64,000 nucleotides of DNA, from contig OZ244163.1 of the NCBI GenBank assembly GCA_965216495.1, positions 1,597,672 through 1,661,671 on the forward strand. Reading direction: 5' to 3'. Numbering within the stretch: the stretch's first letter is position 1; every line of letters starts with the position of its first letter. Made by a program: the position numbers and the translations under genes. The notes below the pieces were generated by a model that had not been told where the DNA came from, ran no database searches, and saw nothing but the letters and a program-made list of their open reading frames with translations. Source of the stretch: Acidimicrobiia bacterium (GTDB taxonomy: Bacteria; Actinomycetota; Acidimicrobiia; Spongiisociales; ZC4RG35). Shown one piece after another: positions 50,638 to 60,684 of the stretch.

Positions 50638-51542
50638 GGCATCGCTCCATCCAACCGAGCCAGAAGAGCCTCGATGACTTCTTGCGGCCCGACGACTCGG
50701 GCCCTGTCGCCAAAACTGATAATCCAACTCACGAATGCATCCAGATTCGCCACGCTGACATCAGATGTGAACGACCTTGTTTGCTCGGGGAGTCCCAAGG
50801 TCCGCGCTGCCCACCAAGCAACCTCGTCGTTGAATTCCACACTCGCCACAACCCCGGAATCTCCCCCCACCTCCCATGGATTGCGAATATCGATGGACCT
50901 CGCATCAAATCCGGCCGGGCGCGAGAACACGCCAGCCTCAACACCGGCCTCAACATCGGACATACGGTCCACCCGATACATCCGATCCCCCTTATCCGTC
51001 TGACCCACCATGTACCAATGCCCCCGTCGATGAGCTACCCCGTACGGCGCCAGAGTGCGCGGTGTCCCGCGGTAGTCGAACGAAATCCTTCTTCGCTCGC
51101 CAATGGCGTCAAAGATCCTCCCAAGCTTGTCCGCATCGTCTCCGAGATTGGCCGCCAGTGGTTCGAGACCCGCCGACACATCCAAGCCCCCCAGCTTCAT
51201 CAGGCCGCTCGCGCTCTCGGTGTCGCCAAGCCGAACCATGCGTGCCGAAACAGATAGAGCCGCCATCTCCGAGGGTGTGAGACCTGGATCCGAGACCGCG
51301 TACTCCTCGGGACTAACCGTGTATCCGAAGTCGATCTCCCATGCGTCCAAGGCTTCCCGCTTTATGGGGACCCCGAGACGCCGAAGCACATCCTTGTCAC
51401 GCTCGAACATGCGTGAAAAGGCCTCATCACTCTGGTCCTCATAGCCAGCAACCGTCCTTCGAACATCGCCGGCGGTAACGGGCCGCGGGGAGTCCAGAAG
51501 GTAGATGAGTAGGTTGAGAACCCTCTCTACGACTGCTTGCAC
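50634..51542 (-). CDS. pafB: WYL-domain regulator PafB
   Basis: ERVLNL, RMFERDK..LR.LGVP, WYM and YRVDRM, located after pafA. Confidence 0.9.
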   Translation of the reverse strand: MQAVVERVLNLLIYLLDSPRPVTAGDVRRTVAGYEDQSDEAFSRMFERDKDVLRRLGVPIKREALDAWEIDFGYTVSPEEYAVSDPGLTPSEMAALSVSARMVRLGDTESASGLMKLGGLDVSAGLEPLAANLGDDADKLGRIFDAIGERRRISFDYRGTPRTLAPYGVAHRRGHWYMVGQTDKGDRMYRVDRMSDVEAGVEAGVFSRPAGFDARSIDIRNPWEVGGDSGVVASVEFNDEVAWWAARTLGLPEQTRSFTSDVSVANLDAFVSWIISFGDRARVVGPQEVIEALLARLDGAMP

Positions 51543-51572
51543 GTTCTTCTCGTCCGTATCGCTGGATGGAAG

Positions 51573-52928
51573 TCAGAGACTGGCAATTAGCTTGTCCACC
51601 CGATCGTCAAATGCTTTGAACGGGTCCTTGCACATGACCGTACGTTGGGCCTGGTCGTTCAGTTTGAGGTGTACCCAATCGACAGTGAAGTCCCTCTTGC
51701 GAGCTTTGGCTGCCTTGATGAACTCTCCTCTCAGACGAGCTCTTGTCGTTTGAGGTGGGCGTACGACAGCATCAGCGATCGTCTCGTCGTCCACGATGCG
51801 ATCAACCAGCCCTGCTGCTTCCATCAGGTAATACAGCCCGCGCGACCGGTCAACATCGTGATAGGCCAGATCCATCATTGACATCCGCGGGTCGGACAAT
51901 GGGATGTCTCGCTTGGTCGAGTAGCGGTCGAGGAGCTTGTACTTCATCACCCAGTCGACCTCACGATCCAGCGTCATCGGATCCTTCTCAAGACCGGTGA
52001 GGAGATGCTCCCACCGATCTACCGCAGCCTGCACCTGAGGCGGAAAACCGGGGCTACGGGCAAACCGCATCGCCCGGTCGAGGTACTCCCATTGGATGTC
52101 GAGTGCACTCAACTCGCGACCGTTGGCGAGCCGAAGCCTTCGGGTGCAGTCGAAGTCGTGCGCAACTTCTCGAATCGCTCGAATCGGGTTCTCTAGCGTT
52201 AGATCTCGGAAGACCACATCGCGCTCGATCATCTGAAGGAGAGCAACCATCGTCCCGACCTTCACGAATGTCGCGTACTCGCTCATGTTCGAGTCCCCCG
52301 CTATGACGTGCAGTCGTCGGTAGCGCTCGGCGTCCGCGTGAGGCTCGTCCCTTGTGTTGATGATGGGCCTTGATCGCGTCGTCGCCGAGGACACTCCTTC
52401 CCAAATATGGTCGGCCCGCTGGGCAATCGAATAACCAGTCCCACGAGGTGTCTGAGTCAGCTTTCCCGCGCCAACAAATATCTGCCGGGTGACGAGGAAG
52501 GGAATCAGAACGTCGACGGTGCGATGGAAGTCTTTGTGCCTACTGACGAGATAGTTTTCATGGCAGCCGTACGAGTTTCCGGCACTGTCCGTGTTGTTTT
52601 TGAAGACGTATATCTGACCTCGGATCCCCTCCTCCTTGAGGCGATCTTCGGCACCGCCGACAAGGCCTTCGAGGATGCGCTCACCCGCCTTGTCGTGGGC
52701 GACAACCTCGGTCAGGTCGTCACATTCGGGCGTCGCGTACTCAGGATGGGACCCCACGTCGAGGTATAGACGAGCTCCGTTCTCGAGGAAGACATTCGAA
52801 GACCGACCCCACGAAACGACCCGGCGGAACAGATACCGAGCTACCTCGTCGGGACTCAGGCGCCGCTGGCCGCGAAGAGTGCAGGTGACTCCATACTCGT
52901 TTTCGATCCCGAAGATCCTGCGCTCCAT
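51573..52928 (-). CDS. pafA: Pup-protein ligase
   Basis: [30 protein letters not shown] and FTVDWVHLK. Confidence 0.97.
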   Translation of the reverse strand: MERRIFGIENEYGVTCTLRGQRRLSPDEVARYLFRRVVSWGRSSNVFLENGARLYLDVGSHPEYATPECDDLTEVVAHDKAGERILEGLVGGAEDRLKEEGIRGQIYVFKNNTDSAGNSYGCHENYLVSRHKDFHRTVDVLIPFLVTRQIFVGAGKLTQTPRGTGYSIAQRADHIWEGVSSATTRSRPIINTRDEPHADAERYRRLHVIAGDSNMSEYATFVKVGTMVALLQMIERDVVFRDLTLENPIRAIREVAHDFDCTRRLRLANGRELSALDIQWEYLDRAMRFARSPGFPPQVQAAVDRWEHLLTGLEKDPMTLDREVDWVMKYKLLDRYSTKRDIPLSDPRMSMMDLAYHDVDRSRGLYYLMEAAGLVDRIVDDETIADAVVRPPQTTRARLRGEFIKAAKARKRDFTVDWVHLKLNDQAQRTVMCKDPFKAFDDRVDKLIASL

Positions 52929-52971
52929 GCAATCAGGCTAAACGCATCGGGCGACGATGTGTCGAAGTGGT

Positions 52972-53634
52972 TCAGTGGAGCCTTTCGGGGTCGATCCTGG
53001 CGAAGGCTCGCCGACCATTCCCTGTGTCGAGCACGGCCGCTTCCCAGCCATCTGAGTCACGCCCTTCCGCTGTTCGGAATGCGTCTACTCCAAGGGCAAA
53101 AGCCTCTTGCAACGTCAATCCTTCCCGCCATGAGTCATGGAGCGCTTCAAGTAGGGCATCAGCCTTGCCACCGATTGCAACGAAATTGCGTTCGTCGAAG
53201 AGCGTTCCGTCATACGTGATGCGGAACAAGCGATGTTCGCTCCCGTCTTCGGACACCTCAGCCATGAGGATCTCAACTTCATAGGGCTTTGGTTCACGGG
53301 TGAAGATCATTCCCAGAGTTTGAGAAAAGGCCGTGGCCAGACCCTGGGCCGTGACATCGTCCCTGGAGTACAGGTATCCCATCAGATCTGCCTGTCGAAT
53401 CCCTGCCTTACGGAGTGTCTCGAACTCGTTGTATCGACCGACGCCAGCGAAGGCTATGCGGTCATAGACCTCTGAGATCTTGTGAAGGGCGGTCGACGGA
53501 TTCTCGGCAAGTAGCAACACACCATCGGCGTAGTCCACAGCCAGGATGGAGCGGCCACGGGCGATTCCCTTGCGGGCAAACTCGGCCTTGTCTCGAACTA
53601 GCTGTTCGGGGGCGACATAGAAGGGAATGCTCAT
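52972..53634 (-). CDS. prcA: 20S proteasome alpha subunit
   Basis: PFYVAPEQ..RDKAEFARKGIARGRS and HKISEVYDRI. Confidence 0.96.
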   Translation of the reverse strand: MSIPFYVAPEQLVRDKAEFARKGIARGRSILAVDYADGVLLLAENPSTALHKISEVYDRIAFAGVGRYNEFETLRKAGIRQADLMGYLYSRDDVTAQGLATAFSQTLGMIFTREPKPYEVEILMAEVSEDGSEHRLFRITYDGTLFDERNFVAIGGKADALLEALHDSWREGLTLQEAFALGVDAFRTAEGRDSDGWEAAVLDTGNGRRAFARIDPERLH

Positions 53635-54425
53635 CGGATGTTGTCCAGCGCGTATTCGGCCAGCGGCCTCAAGCGGTCGTCGTCTACCTCAACCAAGCCG
53701 TCAGCGTCGATTGTGACGACGTTGGGGAGAATGCCGCGACGCAGATCCGGCCCGCCGGTTGCGGTGTCCTCCGAAGAAGCAGACACCAGAGCGTTGACCG
53801 CCACTGTCACGGCTTGTTCCATGGGGAGGTCATCCTCGTACTGAGTCCGTAGGTAGGCCTTGGCAAGCCGTGATCCGGAACCGGTGGAACCGAACTCGGA
53901 CTCCTCGTAGCGCCCGCCGACCACGTCGAATGTATAGACCCTGCCCTGGTTCAGCTTTTCGTCGTAGCCAGCGAACAGAGGGACTACGACAAGACCTTGC
54001 AGCGCCATTGGAAGCTGCTCTCGGACGAGCCTGGCGAGGAATGATGCCTTGCCGTCCAGGCTGAGTCGCACTCCTTCGATCTTCTCGTAATGCTCGAGCT
54101 CAACCTGAAACAGGCGGACCATGTCCATGGCGAGACCTGCTGTACCGGCAATTGCTACGGCCGAGAACCGGTCAGCCGGGAACACTTTGCGAATCCTTCG
54201 GTGCGCCACGAGATGACCCTCGGTGGCACGCCGGTCTCCGGCCATCACCACTCCCCCGTCGTACCGCAATGAGAGAACGGTGGTTCCATGGGGAACAGAC
54301 AGTCCGGCTCCGCCTTCAGGCAGGTTGATCTTGGGGCGCGCTCCTACAGAGTCGAGCAGATCGCTGAACGAAGCACCCGGTGCCGGCGAATCGAGAGGCA
54401 GAGGGCCGGTCGCTCCGGGGATCAC
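53631..54425 (-). CDS. prcB: 20S proteasome beta subunit
   Basis: Propeptide then HG|TTV..., AGDRRAT, GSGS and DTATGGPD. Confidence 0.96.
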   Translation of the reverse strand: MIPGATGPLPLDSPAPGASFSDLLDSVGARPKINLPEGGAGLSVPHGTTVLSLRYDGGVVMAGDRRATEGHLVAHRRIRKVFPADRFSAVAIAGTAGLAMDMVRLFQVELEHYEKIEGVRLSLDGKASFLARLVREQLPMALQGLVVVPLFAGYDEKLNQGRVYTFDVVGGRYEESEFGSTGSGSRLAKAYLRTQYEDDLPMEQAVTVAVNALVSASSEDTATGGPDLRRGILPNVVTIDADGLVEVDDDRLRPLAEYALDNIR

Positions 54426-54604
54426 TCGCCGCCCTTCTGGACGTAGTTCTTAACAAACTCTTCCGCATTCTCTTCGAGCACTTCATCGATCTCGTCGAGT
54501 AGGTCGTCCAGTGCTTCGAGGTCGGACTCAGACTCGGCGGCCTCAACGGCTTCATCCGATTCCACTTCGCGTTTGTGTTTCTTTGCGCGTTCCCTGTCAG
54601 ACAT
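54422..54604 (-). CDS. pup: Prokaryotic ubiquitin-like protein Pup
   Basis: DDLLDEIDEVLEENAEEFV.NYVQKGGE. Confidence 0.97.
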   Translation of the reverse strand: MSDRERAKKHKREVESDEAVEAAESESDLEALDDLLDEIDEVLEENAEEFVKNYVQKGGE

Positions 54605-54608
54605 CAGT

Positions 54609-56078
54609 TCATCCTTCCAGCCGACTCAGCAGTTCGGCAGCGTCCTCAACCTCTTCGAGCAAGTCACCCACCAATTCGGCGCTGCCTCGGAGCGGTTCCA
54701 TCATAGGAACCCTTTTCAGATGTGATTCGCCTACGTCGAAGACCAGCGAATCCCAGTTCGCGGCCACCAACGATCGGGAGAATCTCCTCACACATTCGCC
54801 CCGAAAGAAGGCGCGGGTCTGGCGAGGTGGGTCCGTTACGGCTGATTCGATCTCCTCATCCGAAAACATTCGTCGCATCGCTCCACGTTGCGCCAGCTTG
54901 TAATACAGCCCTCGTGTCGGATCGACATCGTGGTACTGGAGGTCGAGGGCTCTGATCTTGGCGGCTTCCCAAGTGAGACCTTCGCGCTCGACGAAGCCTT
55001 CGATCAGCCTCTTCTTGGCGACCCAATCCAAGGTGTCAGCGAGCTTATCCGGAGACGCTTCTAGTAGACCCAGCGTCCGCTCCCACTCATCTACCACCAG
55101 TGTCCACACGGGGTCATCGAGTTCTTTCTCGACATACTTCGTCAACCATTCCAAATACCGACTCTGGATCTCCAGAGCCGTCGCTCCCCCGCCACCTTCG
55201 AGTTCGAGTGGGCGGGTGAGTGACAAGTCGTGACTGACCTGCCAACAGGCCTCGACTGGGTCGAACAGGTCGATAGCGTCAGGAATGGCACCGTCCTCGA
55301 TCGCGGCGAGCATCAGAGAGGTGGCGCCGAGCTTCAAGAAGTTCTGGTACTCCGACAGGTTCGCATCACCAAGGATGACGTGCAGGCGGCGATACTTAGA
55401 AGGATCTCCGTGCGGCTCGTCGCGGGTATTGATGAGTGGTCGCTTGAGCGTGGTCTCCAACCCAACCTCTTCCTCGAAAAAGTCAGCGCGTTGGGTGATC
55501 TGATAGTCCACGGGATCACGATCGTTCTCCTTACCCACCTTGCCAGCACCCGTGAAAATCTGGCGGGTCACCATGAAGGTGGTAGCGAATCTGATCACAT
55601 CCCCGAAAGGAGTCTCGCGTGATAGGAGATAGTTCTCGTGGGCGCCGTAAGAGTTGCCCTTGCCGTCGGAGTTGTTCTTGTACAGCCCGAGCTGGCGGCC
55701 CGCAGCCTCGGACGCCGCCGATCCGGCGAGATGCATGACCCTCTCGCCTGCCTTGTCGTAGAGAGCGGCTTCGCGTGGATCAATAGATTCAGGACCTGAA
55801 TATTCCGGGTGAGCGTGGTCGACGTAGAGCCTTGCACCGTTGGACAAAACGGAGTTGATGACAGCGCCCTCGGGATCGACGAGACCAAAACCGTCATGCC
55901 CGAACCCTCGGGCGTCTCGACCGGGACTCTCCTCTTCATAGGACCATTGCACTTTGACCCGCGCCCCGGGATAGCTGTTAACGACCAGTGAGGAAGCAAC
56001 CGCAGGGTTGAATGCCGGATCGCCCCTGACCACGATTCCGTACTCGGTCTCGGTGCCAAGGACTTTGTGCAAGGCCAT
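54609..56078 (-). CDS. dop: Pup deamidase/depupylase
   Basis: GTETEYG, NGARLYVDHAHPEYS, GAHENY, AANWDS and EPLRG motifs. Confidence 0.96.
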   Translation of the reverse strand: MALHKVLGTETEYGIVVRGDPAFNPAVASSLVVNSYPGARVKVQWSYEEESPGRDARGFGHDGFGLVDPEGAVINSVLSNGARLYVDHAHPEYSGPESIDPREAALYDKAGERVMHLAGSAASEAAGRQLGLYKNNSDGKGNSYGAHENYLLSRETPFGDVIRFATTFMVTRQIFTGAGKVGKENDRDPVDYQITQRADFFEEEVGLETTLKRPLINTRDEPHGDPSKYRRLHVILGDANLSEYQNFLKLGATSLMLAAIEDGAIPDAIDLFDPVEACWQVSHDLSLTRPLELEGGGGATALEIQSRYLEWLTKYVEKELDDPVWTLVVDEWERTLGLLEASPDKLADTLDWVAKKRLIEGFVEREGLTWEAAKIRALDLQYHDVDPTRGLYYKLAQRGAMRRMFSDEEIESAVTDPPRQTRAFFRGECVRRFSRSLVAANWDSLVFDVGESHLKRVPMMEPLRGSAELVGDLLEEVEDAAELLSRLEG

Positions 56079-57799
56079 CAGAGGTACTGGCCGCCCGACA
56101 CCCTCTCGATCAAGCGACTCTCTTCATCGCCACCGACCAGGGTGCGGACATAGACAATCCGTTCCCCTTTCTTGCCGGAGATCTTGGCCCAGTCATCGGG
56201 GTTCGTCGTGTTGGGCAAGTCCTCGTGTTCACGGAACTCCTGCTTGATCGCTGCGATCAGGTCAGAGGTCTTGACCCCGCCCGGTTCGCCGGCGATCTGA
56301 CGCTTGATGGCGTCTTTCTTTGCTCGCCTGACGATGTTTTCGATCATGGCTCCACTAGCGAAGTCCTTGAAGTACAGAGTCTCGCGATCACCGTTGGCAT
56401 AGGTGACTTCGAGGAACTCATTCTGCGGACCGTCTGAATACATGTCCTCGACCGTTGTCTCGATCATTCGCGCAATGACGTCCGCTGGAGCGTCATCGCC
56501 GGCCTCATTGGGATCCAACGGGGTTTCGTCGCCTAGATATATCCTGAAGATCTCACGTGCAGCCTCCGGATTGGGCCGGTTGATCTTGATCTTCACATCA
56601 AGTCGTCCAGGCCGAAGGATGGCCGGGTCGATCAGATCTTCTCTGTTCGACGCTCCTATGACCACGACGTTCTTGAGGCTTTCGACACCGTCCAACTCAG
56701 AAAGGAGCTGAGGGACGATCGTGGATTCGACATCCGACGAAATGCCAGTGCCGCGTGTTCGAAAGAGTGAATCCATCTCGTCAAAGAAGACGATGACAGG
56801 TACACCTTGGTCGGACTTCTCCTTGGCTCGTTGGAAGATGAGCCGAATCTGGCGTTCGGTCTCGCCGACCCACTTGTTCAGCAGTTCGGGTCCCTTGATG
56901 TTGAGAAAGAAGGATCGGACGTCGGGATCGCCAGTTCTTTCGGATACCTTTTTGGCAAGACTGTTGGCCACAGCTTTGGCGATCAGCGTCTTGCCACATC
57001 CGGGGGGCCCGTAGAGAAGAATCCCCTTCGGCGGCTCGAGTTGATACTCGGTGAATAGGTCACGGTGGAGATAGGGCAGCTCGACAGTGTCTTTGATCTG
57101 CTCAATCTGGTCGGCAAGGCCGCCAACTTCGGAATACGTGATGTCAGGAACTTCTTCGAGAACGAGCTCCTCGACCTCAGGACGTTCCAGCTTCTCGAGA
57201 ATCAGTCCTGTCTTGACGTCGACACGGACGTAGTCTCCCGCTCGAAGATATACGTCCATCATCGCATCGGACCGTTTAAGGACCCGCTCCTCGTCGGCAT
57301 GGGCTATTACGACGATCCGTCCGTCCGTCATAACTTCTCGAACCCTGAGAACGTCTCCGGCGGGCTCGAAATGTCGGACGTCGATGATGTTGAAAGCTTC
57401 GTTCAGAAGTACTTCCTGGCCGATCTGTAGCTTCTTGACTTCGACCGAAGGCTGAGCGGATACGCGGAGTTTCCTGTTGCCTGTCAAGACGTCGACCGTC
57501 CCATCGTCGCCGACCCCAAGTACCGTTCCAAAGTTGTTTGGCGGCTGGGTTAGCTTTTCGACTTCCTCGCGAAGGACTCCAAGTTGCTCGCGCGCTTCCT
57601 CGAGAAGAGCCGACAGTTTGTCATTCTGTGTAACTGCTCGTTCAAGCCGTCCACGCACGGCGTTCAGCTCGTTTTCGAGTTCGGTAGCTCGTGTGGGGCC
57701 TTCCCTCAGGCGTCGCTGAAGAAACGAAACCTCCTCTTCGAGAGAAGAGACCACAGCTTTCAGCTTCTCAGCGTCATCCCGAAATTGTTCTTGCTCCAC
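56078..57799 (-). CDS. arc: Proteasome ATPase (ARC/Mpa)
   Basis: N-terminal coiled coil, [14 protein letters not shown] and terminal GQYL. Confidence 0.97.
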   Translation of the reverse strand: MEQEQFRDDAEKLKAVVSSLEEEVSFLQRRLREGPTRATELENELNAVRGRLERAVTQNDKLSALLEEAREQLGVLREEVEKLTQPPNNFGTVLGVGDDGTVDVLTGNRKLRVSAQPSVEVKKLQIGQEVLLNEAFNIIDVRHFEPAGDVLRVREVMTDGRIVVIAHADEERVLKRSDAMMDVYLRAGDYVRVDVKTGLILEKLERPEVEELVLEEVPDITYSEVGGLADQIEQIKDTVELPYLHRDLFTEYQLEPPKGILLYGPPGCGKTLIAKAVANSLAKKVSERTGDPDVRSFFLNIKGPELLNKWVGETERQIRLIFQRAKEKSDQGVPVIVFFDEMDSLFRTRGTGISSDVESTIVPQLLSELDGVESLKNVVVIGASNREDLIDPAILRPGRLDVKIKINRPNPEAAREIFRIYLGDETPLDPNEAGDDAPADVIARMIETTVEDMYSDGPQNEFLEVTYANGDRETLYFKDFASGAMIENIVRRAKKDAIKRQIAGEPGGVKTSDLIAAIKQEFREHEDLPNTTNPDDWAKISGKKGERIVYVRTLVGGDEESRLIERVSGGQYL

Positions 57800-57850
57800 G
57801 GCTACCTCCTGGCTCGGGTGGCCTGTTGTTCAGTATACGAAGGCCGCTGT

Positions 57851-58654
57851 TTACTTCTCAGGGTTACTTTTCCCAGGTTTATCGGCAGTCTTCCTCATAA
57901 AAATGAGGAAGCCCGTATGGCCCACCATTCTCTGCTCTGGACGAACTGAGCGCCCATCGATGTTCCAGTCTCGGATCAGGATCTCCTTGACTTCGGGATT
58001 GGTGAAGACTCCCGCCGCACGCGCAGCCTCCACGGTTTGCTGTACCTGGGGAATAGTTGGCACATACGCGGCAATCAAGAGGCCCGCGGCTTGTGAAGAG
58101 GCCGCAGCACCGATCGGATGCCACGGCTCGGGAAGGTCGAGCACCAGTCGGTCGACTACTTCGCTCTCGAGAACCTGAGTCACATCTCCGGTCCGGAGGT
58201 CCAACTGGGGGGGCACCTGGCCAAACCAACGCCGAATGGTCTTGGTGGCGTGCTCGGCGTGGTCCTCACGTCGCTCGACACTGATCACCCGCCCGGTGTC
58301 CCCGACGGCCCTGGTGAGGGCGATAGTCAGGGCGCCTGAACCGGTTCCGGCTTCCAAGATGGTTTGCCCTGGCGCAATGTCGGCGTACACGAAGATTGGT
58401 CCAACGTCTTTCGGATACACGACCTGGGCACCGCGCTTCATGCGGATAACGAAGTCGGAAAGTCGGGGTCGAATCAGCAGCATTGAGGCACCCCCGCTGG
58501 AGTCGATCCATGTGCCATCCGGCTGACCGATCAAGTCGTCGTGAGGAACGGTGCCACGATGGAACTGGAACGTTCGACCCGCCTCGAGTTTCAGGAGGAA
58601 CTCCCGACCCTTCGAGTCGATGAGGATGGCCGGATCGCCCTCGACAAAGGGCAT
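57851..58654 (-). CDS. trmI: tRNA (adenine-58-N1)-methyltransferase
   Basis: RGAQVVYPKD, EAGTGSGAL, LDLPEPW and HTGFL motifs. Confidence 0.93.
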   Translation of the reverse strand: MPFVEGDPAILIDSKGREFLLKLEAGRTFQFHRGTVPHDDLIGQPDGTWIDSSGGASMLLIRPRLSDFVIRMKRGAQVVYPKDVGPIFVYADIAPGQTILEAGTGSGALTIALTRAVGDTGRVISVERREDHAEHATKTIRRWFGQVPPQLDLRTGDVTQVLESEVVDRLVLDLPEPWHPIGAAASSQAAGLLIAAYVPTIPQVQQTVEAARAAGVFTNPEVKEILIRDWNIDGRSVRPEQRMVGHTGFLIFMRKTADKPGKSNPEK

Positions 58655-58746
58655 CAGAATAGGGAAAGGGCGGCCACTGCCAGGCTCAGGACCATTCCAA
58701 TGACTACTACCCAGATGATGATTTGAACCAGTTTCTTGTTTTGCAT
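58654..58746 (-). CDS. 30-aa single-TM miniprotein, Prli42/DUF4044-like
   Basis: MQNKKLVQIIIWVVVIGMVLSLAVAALSLF. Its stop overlaps the trmI ATG (TGATG). Confidence 0.65.
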   Translation of the reverse strand: MQNKKLVQIIIWVVVIGMVLSLAVAALSLF

Positions 58747-58787
58747 GATGTGTTGGATCGAGTTGACTGGTTGATCACGGTAGACCA

Positions 58788-59060
58788 ATGAAACGCATCG
58801 CCAAGTTCATCATCAACAAGGCCTTCGGACCCGATCCGACCGATTCTGGGTTTGAGAGGATCATGGGAGGGGTGCGTCGCGGGGATCGTCGAGAACTCTT
58901 GATCGGGTTCGCCCTTGCTGGAATGTCCTACATGAAGCGGACCAAGCCGACCAAGGAGCTGATCTACCGCAAGAGCGTTCCTGAAGGTTCGGCTGTGGTG
59001 GTGCATCACAAGAAGCGTGGTAACCCTCACATCGAGGTCATCAAACCATCTGATTCGTAA
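58788..59060 (+). CDS. Hypothetical protein (90 aa)
   Basis: ATG ORF with GC-rich third positions, divergent from the miniprotein, and no recognised motif. Confidence 0.65.
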   Translation: MKRIAKFIINKAFGPDPTDSGFERIMGGVRRGDRRELLIGFALAGMSYMKRTKPTKELIYRKSVPEGSAVVVHHKKRGNPHIEVIKPSDS

Positions 59061-59069
59061 CCTTCCATT

Positions 59070-59121
59070 CCGTTCTGTGAGGGTTTGCGCGGCTTGAGGC
59101 CCGATCAACCCTCACAAAACG
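59070..59121. repeat. REP-like imperfect palindrome, left copy
   Basis: CGTTCTGTGAGGGTT-N21-AACCCTCACAAAACG (14/15 complementary). Confidence 0.85.
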
Positions 59122-59168
59122 AGAGCAAGGGGGTTGAAACGACACGATCTCTCCGGCACGGTCGATGG

Positions 59169-60086
59169 GTGGATCGAGAGAGGGTTCTCAAGGGAACCGC
59201 GTCTGGTCAATACGGATTGATCACGCGTCAGCAAGCACTGTTCAATGGCTACCCCGACGACGAGATTGGGCGACGGATCTCGGCCGGACGGTTGACGTCT
59301 CTGCACCCGGGTGTGTATTACACGGACTCGGTACCCCCAACCTGGCGGACAGACGTGCTTGCAGCGGTTCTCGCTGCAGGGCCATTGGCCGTTGCCTCCC
59401 ACCGGACCGCGGCGGTCTTGTACCAAATGGACGCAATCTGGGGGCGGATGGTCGAAATGACCGTCCCCTACCTCAAATCCCCGGAACCCGAAGGGGTGGT
59501 TCTTCATCGCACCAGGCGTGAGAATGACACGCCCGTTCTTGAAGGCATCCCGATCACAACTCCCGCCAAAACCCTGCTCGACGTTGCTTCGACTCTGCCG
59601 TACACGACTCTCGCGAAAGCTACCCGGTCGGCGCTCCACCTCGGCCTTGTCACGACAGATGCTCTGCTCGACACGGTCGTCAAGTTTGGCGGGCGAGGAG
59701 TGCGCGGAACCAGGAAGTACCGCCGGGTGATCGGCTGGGTTGCTGCAGACAAGTCTGGCAGCCCGGCTGAGATCGACATGGCTGAAATCATCGCCGACTC
59801 GCAGGTCCCCACCCCCGTTCAGCAGTTGAAGCTCCTGCTACCAACTGGAGACAACGCATATCCTGACTTCGCCTGGCCCGACCGCAACCGCATCATCTAG
59901 GTGGACGGGTTTGGGGTTCATGGAGACCCGGAGGTGTTTAAGCGCGACCTCGCGAGACAGAACCTATTGATGGATCTCGGTTGGGAAATCAGAAGATTCC
60001 CCGCACAACGGATCCGCGATCACCCAGACGAGGTCCGCCGAGAGGTGGTTGCCTTCGTCAACGCACCCTTCTCAACCGTTCTGTGA
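59169..60086 (+). pseudogene. AbiEi-like N-terminal + DUF559 (Vsr-like) endonuclease with an in-frame amber stop
   Basis: Q.GLITR.Q, LHPGVY, ASHRTAA, TTPAKTLLD, SGSPAE and YPDFAWP..RII*VDG..H...RD..RQN.L...GW...R. TAG at 59898-59900 and the frame continues to TGA at 60086. Confidence 0.85.
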
Positions 60087-60129
60087 GGGTTTGTCAGGCC
60101 TGGGAGCGGAAAGGCCCTCACAGAAGGGT
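60075..60129. repeat. REP-like imperfect palindrome, right copy
   Basis: ACCGTTCTGTGAGGGTTT...AGGCCCTCACAGAAGGGT. It shares the 18-mer CCGTTCTGTGAGGGTTTG with the left copy. Confidence 0.85.
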
Positions 60130-60136
60130 GAAGGAT

Positions 60137-60331
60137 TCAGACTTTATAGACCTCGACGACGGTCTTGTTGCGAGAACCGCGTCGACGGCCGAGAACGAAG
60201 GCAGCGACGATCGCCAGCGCGACAGCTCCCGCGCCGACCACCGCGGCATCTTTGGCCGACTCCTTGGTCTCGTCGACTGCTCCTGCCAACTGCAATGCCT
60301 TGGCTTCGATGTCTTCTCTACTGATCGTCAA
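60137..60331 (-). CDS. Small membrane-anchored hypothetical protein
   Basis: ISREDIEAK..., one TM segment and GRRRG...TVVEV, overlapping the upstream gene. Confidence 0.75.
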   Translation of the reverse strand: MTISREDIEAKALQLAGAVDETKESAKDAAVVGAGAVALAIVAAFVLGRRRGSRNKTVVEVYKV

Positions 60332-60620
60332 CTTGCATCCTCCATGCCACGAGTCCCACCCCGATCACCGCCACCAGGAACGCCAGGGTGCGCGAGAGGA
60401 CGACCCACCACGCGCCTTCGGGCAACAGGATTTGGAATAGATAATACGAGCCCCAGACGGCGCAGACAGCGCCGATCGCCATGAGGAGTCCGCCTCCGAC
60501 CCCTAGGCCTGCATGTTTCCCCAGCTTCTTGGCTGGCTCTACGGTCTCCTGCCGCAGGTATTCCCGCGACATGTCCACCAACTCGGTGACGATTCCCGGG
60601 ATCTCTTGCGGTTTGGCCAT
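60318..60620 (-). CDS. Two-TM protein, actinobacterial holin-X (phage holin family)-like
   Basis: ELVD...YLRQETVEP.K.LG followed by two TM helices. Confidence 0.7.
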   Translation of the reverse strand: MAKPQEIPGIVTELVDMSREYLRQETVEPAKKLGKHAGLGVGGGLLMAIGAVCAVWGSYYLFQILLPEGAWWVVLSRTLAFLVAVIGVGLVAWRMQVDDQ

Positions 60621-60684
60621 GTGGTTAAGAATCTAACAAGGCCTGGCAGTGTTCAAGAACTGAAATTATCGTGAACGGACAGAA

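Noticed and set aside
49708-51542. WYL genes as markers of a defence island
   Set aside because: They are the canonical pafB/pafC directly after pafA
59898-59900. Genome-wide TAG reassignment, or suppression by the nearby unusual tRNA
   Set aside because: TAG ends leuA, tdh and other genes at expected lengths, and anticodon AAG cannot read UAG
60318-60620. Holin-like gene suggesting a prophage
   Set aside because: This family is common on actinobacterial chromosomes, and no phage genes are nearby
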